A DNA stretch of 64,000 bases from a virus, in the IMG/VR virus record IMGVR_UViG_3300022752_000018, positions 119,193 to 183,192 of that record. One strand, 5' to 3'. Position 1 is the first letter of the stretch. Each line of letters begins with the position of its first letter. Under the pieces are notes generated by a model. That model saw nothing but the letters and a program-made list of their open reading frames with translations, did not search any database and was not told the DNA's origin. Shown one piece after another: positions 22,201 through 33,000 of this stretch. Position numbers and translations under genes: made by a program.

Positions 22201-23951
22201 CAGACACTTTGAATACTATTGCTTGTAAAGTAACTGCATCTAATGTATCAGGTAGTCTTGCTGTAACATCAGCAAGCACAGGGCAAGTGCCAGCCGTATT
22301 GGCTACAAACGTTATTTTGCCGGTAATTACAGGCACTGTTGAAATAGGTAAAACTATTCAATCAAGTACAGGCACTTGGACTGGAACACCTACAATAACC
22401 TACTCATATCAATGGCAACGTGGTACAACTAATATTTCTGGGGCTAACACTAGTTCATATACAATACAATTAGCAGATAGTAATAGTCAATTAAGATGCC
22501 AGGTTATTGCGTCAAATCCAGCAGGGTTATCTCAAGCTGCTAATAGTCTAAGCACTATAACAGTTCCTCTACCTAGTGTACCAGTAAATTCAATTCCACC
22601 AAGTATAAGTGGTACTGTTAGTGTAGGCAATACTCTTACTACAAGTAATGGAACTTGGACTGGTACGGGTCCTTTCACTTACACATATCAATGGCAAAGT
22701 GGCAATGTGGATTTAGCTGGCAAAATAACCAATACTTACATAGTTGACTTGAGTGATGTAGGAAAAACTATTCGTGTAGTAGTAACTGCTACTAACGCAT
22801 CAGGAAACAGATCAAGTGCATCATTACCAACTGTTGTAGTACCACCAACTGCTCCTATTCTTGTTAGCAAACCTGTAGTTACAGGTATAGTTCAAATTGG
22901 TGAAACATTGACAACAACGGATGGATCATGGATTGGTAGTCCAACTATTACATACACCTATCAATGGTTGAGGGGTAATTCAGCTAACGCAATAAGTGGA
23001 GCAACTTCTTCTACATACAAGATCGTGACTCAAGACGCTAATAATCAATTATATGTTAGAGTAACTGCACGAAATAGCGTAGGATCCAGATCAGACACAT
23101 CACTTGGAACCAGTGTAGTACCATTAGCCACAGCACCAGTAAATGTAGTCGCTCCAACTATTACAGGCACAGTAGCTATAGGTGAAACACTGACAATTAA
23201 TTTAGGGACTTGGACTGGAACACCTACAATAAACTACACGTATCAGTGGCAACGTGGTTCAACCAATATTACAAATGCTACAGCAACTACCTATGTAATT
23301 GCAGGTGAGGATACTGGCTCTACTATACGCTGTAGGGTATCTGCTTCTAATAGTGCAGGTAATTCACAACCAGCGTTTACTCTTTCCACCCCACCAATAG
23401 CAGCAGCAGCTCCTACAAATAGAGTGTTACCTGTAATTACAGGTACTTTAGCTATAGGGCAGAATTTAACTGTGAATCCAGGAACTTGGATAGGTACAAC
23501 TCCTATAACTTACACTTATCAGTGGGAGCAAAATACAACTCCTATAGCGGGTGCTACTAACAATGTATATGTAATTAGATTAGCTGATAATAATAATAGT
23601 TTACGATGTGGAGTTACCGCATCTAACAGTGTAGGAAATCTTAAAGTATATTCTGAACCTACTAATGTAATATCTGCGGTAGCTCCTGCTAATACAGCAG
23701 AACCAACAATTTTAGGTATTCCTGCAGTGGGGCAAACATTATCAGTCAATGTTGGATCTTGGACTGGTACACAACCTATCACTTACCAATATCAATGGAA
23801 AAGAGGAACTTCAAATATCAATAATGCTATAGGCAGCACTTATACTGTAGTAAATGCTGATTTTGGTGAAGTTTTAAGCTGTAGAGTAATTGCTACAAAT
23901 GTTGTAGGATCAGCAGAAAGAACCTCTGCACCAACGGGAGTAGTTGGGTAA
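19266..23951 (+). CDS. Large virion fibre protein: structural N-domain, 3 FN3 domains, N-terminal half of DUF1566, 10 Ig-like repeats
   Basis: FN3 motifs ('YTFVVFATNTVGSGPNS'); ten ~95-aa repeats with 'GxWxGxxxIxYxYQWxRG...LRCxxTAxNxxG'; 'IGSPYGGGYFAG...YFLIVSP' segment at 20709-20912. Confidence 0.85.
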   Translation: MSTSTSIQASQFNAIQTRVAKLLGTGTGDFGYGQTLISSQILPGQKITAQPLVNIKIDLDKIAFHQTNLASAAPSVQLGQSIAATDWTKYTNELDLLEANRLQISETSAQSTWTADYSTLGFSNWNSVRAHTVTFDFGSINNARYFFNTGGEIRIVPRHTGFTNASSKGGAWAALFNRLGTKGVRLRANVTTCQDGTAESKGYYQLTTTPLQIFSIVDTGPYAGNDFVVLASVSNPLRSLIITCRFTDDTLVPATDEAVDGTTTSSLGILRATGSSVGILTNPVAQTNLNVPGSPLSVTATITGGTTATINYLPPSSDGGISISSYTAVSTPDNVTATVNREGGGQIFVTGLRPVTTYTFVVFATNTVGSGPNSSPTASVTTTTDVPSKPLSVTAVSTSSTTATITYSEPSSNGGTTIISYTAISSPGNIQATVTRSGGGTINVTGLSVATAYTFRVYATNSRGNSALSDPSELITTSSAEPIIGSPYGGGYFAGAVSTPGNDLADYFLIVSPASLGQSSTGLQWSNTSTVTSSTSVIDGRANSNSLPSTPQAPGIGLPAVVSGSLGTQIDISYTAPINNGGSAITSYTAISTPDNITSTVGRAGSGNIRVSNLSPNKTYSFKVYATNAVGNSPLSISTVELQTPILPNNTSIPSITGTVLLGSTLTVDIGTWTGTPTITYSYQWQRGTVSITGSTSQTYTIVIADVGSILRCVITASNAAGTKSVNSAYTIAVPAIAPTNSSLPTISGTVQVGQTLTVSNGVWSGSTPITYEYQWQRGTTNITGSTSTSYTIVLTDVGNRFRVRVLARNSAGENFVFTASTALVPSVAPTNTSLPVITGDIAVGLRINATTGVWTGSPTIQYTYQWLRNSTPISGSTTNGYTILASDVGSVLSVEVKASNNAGFDIARSLPTATIQSASAPTISVLPAITGNAAVDQILNVSNGTWSGTQPINYAYQWLRGTISIVGATSNNYTVTIADTLNTIACKVTASNVSGSLAVTSASTGQVPAVLATNVILPVITGTVEIGKTIQSSTGTWTGTPTITYSYQWQRGTTNISGANTSSYTIQLADSNSQLRCQVIASNPAGLSQAANSLSTITVPLPSVPVNSIPPSISGTVSVGNTLTTSNGTWTGTGPFTYTYQWQSGNVDLAGKITNTYIVDLSDVGKTIRVVVTATNASGNRSSASLPTVVVPPTAPILVSKPVVTGIVQIGETLTTTDGSWIGSPTITYTYQWLRGNSANAISGATSSTYKIVTQDANNQLYVRVTARNSVGSRSDTSLGTSVVPLATAPVNVVAPTITGTVAIGETLTINLGTWTGTPTINYTYQWQRGSTNITNATATTYVIAGEDTGSTIRCRVSASNSAGNSQPAFTLSTPPIAAAAPTNRVLPVITGTLAIGQNLTVNPGTWIGTTPITYTYQWEQNTTPIAGATNNVYVIRLADNNNSLRCGVTASNSVGNLKVYSEPTNVISAVAPANTAEPTILGIPAVGQTLSVNVGSWTGTQPITYQYQWKRGTSNINNAIGSTYTVVNADFGEVLSCRVIATNVVGSAERTSAPTGVVG

Positions 23952-23998
23952 AGATAACTTAAAACTTATGCCATAATGGTTAAAAAGGTTAAAAATGA

Positions 23999-24004
23999 TA
24001 AATA
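23999..24004 (+). promoter_or_regulatory. Late promoter core (gaTAAATA) for the 3732-aa gene
   Basis: In the 80-bp intergenic gap; RBS-like AAGGTAG precedes the ATG at 24032. Confidence 0.55.
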
Positions 24005-24031
24005 TCTTAGTTAACCAAAGGTAGAAAATCT

Positions 24032-27000
24032 ATGCCAGTTCCAAGTCAACCAACGATAGGCTTAGCCCAAGCAGTGGGAGCAACGAGCGCTTCCGTTAAT
24101 TTTACAGCACCAGCAGATACAGGCGGCTTAACAATTTTAAGCTATACCGCAACAGCAACACCTCTAACAACAGGTACAAATGTAACAGCTACCCTAAGCC
24201 AATCCGGTAGTGGAACAATTTTTATAACAGGGCTTACTCCGTCTACAGGTTATACTTTTACCATATATGCTACTAATGCTGATGGAAACTCTTTAAATAG
24301 TTCTAGCAGTAATAGTACAACTACTCTACCATCATTAGTTTTCCCAGCGGCTGAATTTTGTAATAATCTTGTAATAGGACCAAATGATGATTGGTACTTA
24401 CCTAGTAAAAATGAATTAGAAATAGCATATTATAACCTAAAACCTACTACTAGCAGTAACCAAACCTCATCAGGTATTGATCCTAATGCTGTGCCACCAA
24501 GATCAACAAATTATACAACATCTTTACCAGCTAGAACTAATAGTGCTACCTTTCAGTCTAGCGGCGCTGAAGCATTCAATTCTAATGCAGGTACATACTA
24601 TTGGACTAGTACTGAAACTGCTCCAGGAACAGCAATTGCTCAAACTTTTAACACTGGTGACCAATCGGCAAATAATAAAGTAAACACTGCTTTGGTTAGA
24701 GCTGTAAGAAGAGCACTTATCCCGGCAGGATTTACAGTGGCATCAGCTCCTACTTTAGGCACAGTTACATTATCAGGAAATACAGCTACTATTCCTTATA
24801 ATCCACCTTCTAGTAATGGTAATTGTGTAATAAGTGGTTATGAAGCAGTTTCTACAGTAAATTCCGCACTGAAAGGATCCTCAACAGGTCCAGCTGCTGG
24901 AAGCATTAGTATCAGTGGTCTAACATTAGGTGTAGCACACACATTCACTGTTAGGGCTAGAAATTTAATTGGTATAGGAGCAGCCAGCACACCTAGTAAC
25001 AGTGTAGTGCTTACCGCACCTGTGAACATAGGAACACCAACAGTATCAGGCACTGTTCAGATAGGACAATCAATCAGTGTAAGTAATGGTTCATGGTCGG
25101 GTACCCCAGTAATAACATTTACCTATCAATGGCAAAGAGGTTCAACTACTTCTTCTTTCACTGATATAACCAGTAATGGAATTGGCTCCACATATACTTT
25201 AGTCAATGCTGATTTTAATAACTTTTTACGCTGTAAAGTCACTGCCACAAATAGTGGTGGTGCCAGTTCTGAGTTCACAGCAGCAACTGATAAAGTTACA
25301 GCCTTACCACCATCTAATACTGGTCTTCCAATTATAAATGGTACAGCTATTTTTGGTAATACCCTTAATGTGACCAACGGAACTTGGGATGGCATACCAG
25401 CACCAGCATTTAGTTATCAATGGCAGCGAGGCGCAAATGTAAGTTCATTTGCTAATATCAGTGGTGCAACAAATTCATCTTATACTGTTGTAATGGATGA
25501 TACCTTAAACATATTACGCTGTATTGTCACAGCCACAAACGCTGGTGGTGCTGTACCACAAGCAACTAGTCAAATACCAAATACAGGCGTAATTCCAGCG
25601 GTACCTCCTGCTAACACTGCGGCACCTACTATCAGTGGTACAGTGTTCATTGGACAAACTCTCACTGTAAATGAAGGAACATGGACTGGTACAGCAACAA
25701 TTACTTACAGCTATCAATGGCAAAAGGGCACAACAGACTTATCAGGTGCTACAAATAAAACATATGTAATACAATTCTCTGATTATAATAATACATTACG
25801 TTGTATTGTAACTGCCAAAAATCCTGCAAATAATACCACAGGAGTAGCCGCCAACACAGTCAATACAATACTAGTACCACCAGCACCACCAGTTAATACA
25901 GTTGTACCATTAATCACTGGTACCGTAGCAGTAACAAATACACTAAGCTGTAGTCCAGGAACTTGGACTGGTACAGAAACAATCACATATTCGTATCAAT
26001 GGCAAAGAGGAACCAGTGATATATCTGGAGCCACTAATTCTAGTTATCAAGTTACGTTGACTGACGTTGGATCTACTTTGAGATGCGTAGTGACGGCAAG
26101 AAATCCAGCCACTTCAATAGGAGTAGCTAAAGAGAGCGCCAATACAATAGTAGTTCCTCCAATGGTTCCAAGAAATGATGCGGTACCAACTATCACTGTA
26201 TCTAATAATGGACTGTACGGTGCTGGGTTGTATGGAAGTACACTAACTGCTAGCACAGGTACATGGTTTGGTACATTACCTATAACCTACACTTATCAAT
26301 GGCAACGTGGTACAACTGATATTGTAGGTGCTACAAATTCTAATTATGTTATTCAAATAGATGATACCCTTAACACAGTAAGATGTGTGGTTAAGGCCAC
26401 CAATATAGCAGGAAATACATCATCTACATCAGCTAATTTCCCCGCAACAGGTACAATACCTTCCTTCGCCCCAATTAATTCAGTAACACCTACAATCACT
26501 GGCACTCCGGCAAATGGCAATGTGTTAACAGTGAATTCGGGTACATGGATCGGAACAGCACCAATTACTTACGAATATCAATGGCAAAGAGGAACAACTG
26601 ATATTCCTGGTGAAACTAATATAAATTATACAGTTGTGATTCCTGACACTTTGAACACACTACGTTGTAGAGTTACAGCTAAGAATGTGGCCAGTATAAA
26701 TGGTGTACAAGGATTCAGTGCTAATGTTCCAACTACTGGTGTTATTGCTGCTGTGGGCCCAAGTAATGTTGTAAGACCAAGTATATCAGGAGCAATTGAA
26801 ATCAATGGTGTATTGACAGCAGATCCAGGAACTTGGACTGGTACTGTTACTATTTTATATACCTATCAATGGAGAAAAGGAGCCCCAGGTGGTACATTAT
26901 TGCCAATAACAGGTGCTACAAATCCAACTTATACAATACAATTAGCTGATAAATTCAATGTAATTGATGTTGTGGTAACTGCAAGTAATCCTGGTGGATC

Positions 27001-30000
27001 AGCTTCAAGAGAAAGTTTATCTACCACAACTATACCAGATGCCTTCCCACCACAGAACGTTACGTTACCAGTAATTACAGGTACTGTAGCCTTTGGTGGA
27101 TCTGTGAGTGTTAGCAATGGAACTTGGTCTGGAACTACTCCTTTTACTTATTCATACCAATGGCAACGCGGAACAACTGATATTACAGGTGCTACAAATT
27201 CTAATTATGTTATCCAAGTAGATGATACCCTTAATACCATAAGATGTATAGTACGGGCTAGGAATGCTGGGTCCAGTACTGGAGTTACCGCTACTAGCCT
27301 TTCTGTACCGGGAACAGGTACAATTGCTGCTATAGCTCCTTTTAATACAGTTCCGCCTACGATCAGTGGAACAACAGCAATTTTAAGTACTTTAGAAGCC
27401 ATGCCAAATACTTGGGTTGGTAGTGGTACAATAACTTATAGCTATCAATGGTTTAAAGCACCTAGTGGTGGAGCATTGAGTCCAATTTCAGGAGCAACAA
27501 ATAAAACCTATCAAGTGGTAGCTGCTGATTATAATTCGAGTCTAGCGGTTACAGTGACAGCTAAAAACGTAGCTAATCCTACTACAGGCGTATCTGCCCA
27601 AACTATTCAAACAGTATTAGTACCACCATACAAGACAGTTTTTGATAGTCCTGGGCCTCAAATTACAGGTACAGTTGCCATAGGTCAAACACTAACTGTT
27701 GATTTAGGCACTTACTTAGGTGTTCCCACACCAACAATAACATATCAATGGCAACGTGGCACAAACAATATTTCAGGAGCAACTGGTTCATCATATACTG
27801 TAACTTCTGCTGATTATGCCCTTCAATTAAGATGTGTAGTTACTGCTAATAATGCTGGTGGAACAACCGTTGTTAATACTAACCAAACTGTACCAGTTCC
27901 ACCACAAGCTCCTACAGTATCAGCTATACCTACAATATCTGGAACAGTAGCCATATATCAACAGTTGACGTGCCTTCCAGGCACTTGGGTAGGGACCCCA
28001 ACCCCAACATATACCTATCAGTGGGCAGTTGGTGGAGTAAACCAAGGTACGGCAAGTACCTACACAGTAGATTTTAATGATTTTGATAAAACTATAACTT
28101 GTACAGTTACAGCCTCAAACTTAGCCGGTAGTGCTAGTTCAACAACAGCAGCGACCATTAAGGTACCAGGACTAACTCCAAGTCTTACGGCAGCTCCTAC
28201 TCTTACTGGGACAAACCAAGTATTTGAAACTTTAAATACAACTAGCGGAACATGGTTTGGTACCGCTACCATAGGCTACGCATATCAATGGCAAAGAAAC
28301 GGTGTAAATATAAACACTTTACCAAGTCCTAAAACTACACAAGGTACTTCAAATAGTTATACTCTTACAGCAGCTGATTATCAAGCAACAATTAGAGTGA
28401 TCATATATGCGTTCAATACAGGGGGTGAAACTAGCACTACTGTTACATTTAGTGGTCAGGTTTTAGGAAAAGCACCAATTATTACTGCTATTCCTACAAT
28501 ATCAGGTACAGTAGCCCCTGCTTCAACAATCACAGCATCAACTGGAACTTGGACTGCAGTTCCTGCTATAACATCTTACAGTTATCAGTGGAGAGCAGAT
28601 GGAGTCAATATTAGCGGTGCAACTTCTGCATCCTACACAGTTGCTCTAGCTGATATAGGTAAAAAATTATCATGTCTTGTAACAGCTACCAATTCAGTGG
28701 GAAGCATCGGTGAAAAAACAGCTGATACTATTACAGTTCCTAATGCCACTGCTCCATCCAATACCGCTGGACCAACTATTAGCGGATCATTTGTTTTAAA
28801 TGGAACTGTGACGGCTACGACAGGAAGTTGGAACGGCACACCACCTATTACTTATACCATACAATGGTATAGATCTCCTGCTGATGGATCAGGAGTCCTT
28901 GGCACTGGTAGTAACTACATCATAACTATGGCAGATACAAATCAAAAGATTTATGCTAGAGTAATAGCCAATAATCCTGGTGGAACTCAACAAGCTGATT
29001 CTAGTTTGAGTGGTACCATTCCTGCTGTTGCACCAACTAATACAGTGGCGCCAACCATAAGTGGAACAGCGGCTTATAATAATACCCTGTCAGTAACTAC
29101 TGGTACTTGGACTGGATCAACAGGAATCAATTACACTTATCAATGGCGTGTAGGTACAACAAATATCGCAGGAGCCACTGGTAGTTCATATACTTTAAAT
29201 TATGATCAAACTAATACCACAGTAAATGTACAAGTTACAGCTACAAATGCTGGTGGTTCTAACACAGCAACTACAACAAATTATCCAAGTAGTGGAGTGA
29301 TTCCTGCTATAGCACCAATAAACAGTGCCCCACCTACTTACGAAATTAGTCCAGATGCTACAACTTATACTGATTTTTCAGGTAGTTCTACAATAAGAGT
29401 AGGTGATGTAGTTAGAGTTAAATCACCTGGAACTTGGGTAGGGTCCCCAACGATAACCTTTAGCTATACTTGGGGAAATAGTGATGGCACAGCTATAAGT
29501 AGTCCATTTCCTAATGCCCTAATAGTACCTGATACAAGTTATGGAAAAACATTAGTAGGTAAGGTTACAGGTACAAATCCAGGAGGAAGCACTGTATATA
29601 GCACTACCCTAGTTACAGTAGTTAACCAACTTATCCGAGTTACAACTAATCCTGACATGCGTAAGTTGGTAAATAGTATTGAATATTTTATTACAAGTTT
29701 AAATGTAGGTGATGTAGTTCGTATTACATCTGGTGACAGGGCAGGTTTCCCAACACCAACAATATCTATGAAAATACAGGCTTTATTTAGTGGTGTATGG
29801 ACTGATATAGCCACTAATTTAAATAATGGTGCTTATTACACTATACCCTCTAATGCCTACAATACACAAGTTAGAGTCAGTGTTACAGCAACAAATGCTT
29901 TTGAAACTGTAACGAGAGAATTTAATCCTGGTGTTACCGTAGGTCCTCAAAACCTAGCAGTTGTTGTGGCCCCGAGTATAACATTGACCAGCGGAGCTTT

Positions 30001-33000
30001 AAGGCCTGGCGGAGTTTTATCATGGAATGCAGGTACTTATTCAGGAACACCGCAACCCAACACTTTCTCAGTAATACTTCAAAGATTAATCTCTGGTGTT
30101 AGTTCAGATATAGCGACCTATACAACTAGTACAGGTACTTATACTATAGTGAATGCTGATTATAATAGTACACTGAGAATAAAAGCAACGGTGGGTAACG
30201 GTGGTGTTACCCCAAGTATCACCAATGATAGCCAATATACTAATAATATTGGACCTTTACCAATAGGAAATACTGCTCTACCAACTATAACCACTGGTAC
30301 TGCCACAACAGTTGCAGGTGATCAAAAATATTCAACTACTTATAACGTATCACTTGGATCATGGACAGGTTGGCCAGCTTTGAGCTATACTTTATCTTTA
30401 TATAGAGGAACAACTTTAATAACTAGTTCAACTGGGACTAGTTTATCATATCAATTAACAGCTAGTGATTATCAACAAACTCATTATGCCACAGTTAAAG
30501 CTACAAACGCTGCCGATAGCACAGGGGTAACTGCTACTTCAGCTACCACTAGTGCATTTAACACAACAGTTAGTTATACAGGCAGCAATCCTTCGATTAC
30601 AGCCAGTGGGTTTGATCCTAGTTCAATCTTAAGAGATGGACAGGTAATAAGAGTTGACCAACCTCTGTATACCAAAATACCCGCACCCACAGTAACATAT
30701 CAATGGCGTAGAGGTACAACAAATATATCAGGAGCCACAGGAAGCTCATATACAGTAACAGCCAGTGACATAGGATCTGCAATAAATTGTGTAGTTACTT
30801 ATTCAGGTACACCTACAGAAACACGTACTACAGGTAACACAGCCACTGTTCAACCTGCGCTAGTTGCCCCTAGTTGGACATCAACCCCTGATACGCCCAC
30901 TGGCCTTACGGTTCAAAATACTATTACACTACCTACATATACAGCTAGTGGTAACCCAACACCTACAATAACAACTACATGGCAAAGAGCAGAAGCGGCT
31001 ACACCAACTAGTTTTAGTAATGTATCAGGTTCTAGTGTAACTTTGGTGACAGCAGATTATGGAAGATACTATAGAATCAGTGCTACAGCCTCCAATAGTC
31101 AAGGCTCTATATCTTACACGTCAACTTCACGCCAAATCGGAGCTAAACTAGCTCAACCAGATGCCTTCACTATGAGCTCAGACATAGCAGTGCCTGATAT
31201 AAATAGTTCCACAGCCAGCTTAACATTATCATATTCTGCTAACGCTGCTAAACTGAATGATCCAACTCCTGCCACATATACTGAAACTACGACTGTTAGT
31301 TTACATAACTATGATGATAATAACGCACAAGGACTTGGTTCATTAGTACAATCATGGTCACCGTCGATTCGTTCAAATATCACTAGTATGACCCCTAATA
31401 CTTGGAGTTTAATAGTTAGTCCTGCTCATTACGGTAAAGTTTTAAAGTTCGTTACCTCATGGACAACTGGCTACGGCGTTGTAGGTGGTAGTGGTACAAC
31501 AACTTTAGTAACAAATAGAATTGTTCATGGCCCTGCTCCTACAGCAACAATGGGTTGGTCTACTCCAATTATAATAAGAGTTGGTGACCCAGCTCCAGTA
31601 TGGTATGCTGTAATCTCATATTATCCACCACAATACGGTGCTGTTGAAACTAAGTTTTTTGAAAGTAAAACAATTGCTGCGACCACTTGGACTGTAAGAA
31701 ATAATACCAACACTTTAGCAATTACAGATGCGGATATAGGATTGCAACTTAGAGGTAGGATAACATTAACATTGCCTGCAATGACCTATAAGGCTATGAA
31801 TTATTCAACTGGGCAGGTAAGTTCAACCACTAGCACTGCACCCGCATGGAATGTAGAAGGTATAACTCAGACTGTTTCTGTGTTTGATAAGGCTATTTCA
31901 ACTGCAGGATTTACAAAACCTACAATCTCAGGGAATTACCTTGCAGGTAGTGTTCATACAATCAATGCAGGAACAATTCCCAGTTATTGGCATACGATGA
32001 CACTATTTTTAGATATGTCTAATGGGACGACTATTACTGTAGGTAGCGCAAATAGTGGCGGACAATCTAGTATTACAATGAATTGGACTGCTGTTGCAGG
32101 CACTATAAGTACTATAAGAGCTGTTTGGTATAACAAGGGTGGAGAAGGATGGGCCAACAGTAATAATATAAATCAAGTTATCATCACAGCCACAGCACCA
32201 GGTGCACCAGGGGTATCTATATATATAGATATGAATTGGCCTGGTGCAGAGGGACGACCAACCTTCGTAGGAACAATCACAGCACCTTCAAGTAACGGTG
32301 GCGCCGCAATTACTTCGTATAAATGTGACCTATATAAGAATTCAGGAACATATGTTTCTACCCAATCGACTACTGGCCTTTCTTTTGCAAACGCTGGGCC
32401 TTTTGACAGAGTAACTCCATATTATTTTATCGTATATGCCATAAATATCGCGGGTACAGGCCCAGGCACAACAAGTAATACAGTCACAACTCCTGCCACA
32501 ATGCCAAGTCTACCCACAAATGTCACAGTGTCGTCGATTACAGATTCTTCTTGTACAGTTAGTTGGACAGCCAGCAGTGACACTGGAGGAAAACCTGTAA
32601 CATATAACGCAACAATTAAATTAGCATCAAATGGTCAAAATGTAGTCGGAAACGATACAACGGGAACATCAATAAGTCTATCAGGACTAAGTAGAACCAC
32701 ACAATATTATGCTATAGTTTTTCCTCGTAATGAAAATAATTTAAATTACCTGATTGGTGCTACATCGGCAAACTTTACCACTGCTGCCATAGTACCAAGA
32801 GCACCAGTAGTAACAGTGTCAGGAGCCACAGCAAGTTCTTATGTAGCATCATGGACATTAGCTGATACTGGTGGAAGTGCTATTACAGGATATAACATAC
32901 AAAATAGATCTGGTGGTGTTAATGTAGGAGGAAGTTTAACTGTAGCTGCTAATATTACAAGTGTAACAATATCCGGTCTCGGTGCTAACACAACCTATAC

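Noticed and set aside
20913-24325. Self-splicing intron or intein explaining the split DUF1566
   Set aside because: The intervening DNA is ordinary FN3/Ig coding sequence with a stop, promoter and RBS. I see no group I/II core, homing endonuclease, or intein C/S...HN-C/S/T motifs.
24595-24712. Diversity-generating retroelement target (the DUF1566 C-terminus is a common VR)
   Set aside because: No reverse transcriptase or adenine-variant template repeat seen in this window; one elsewhere in the genome cannot be excluded.
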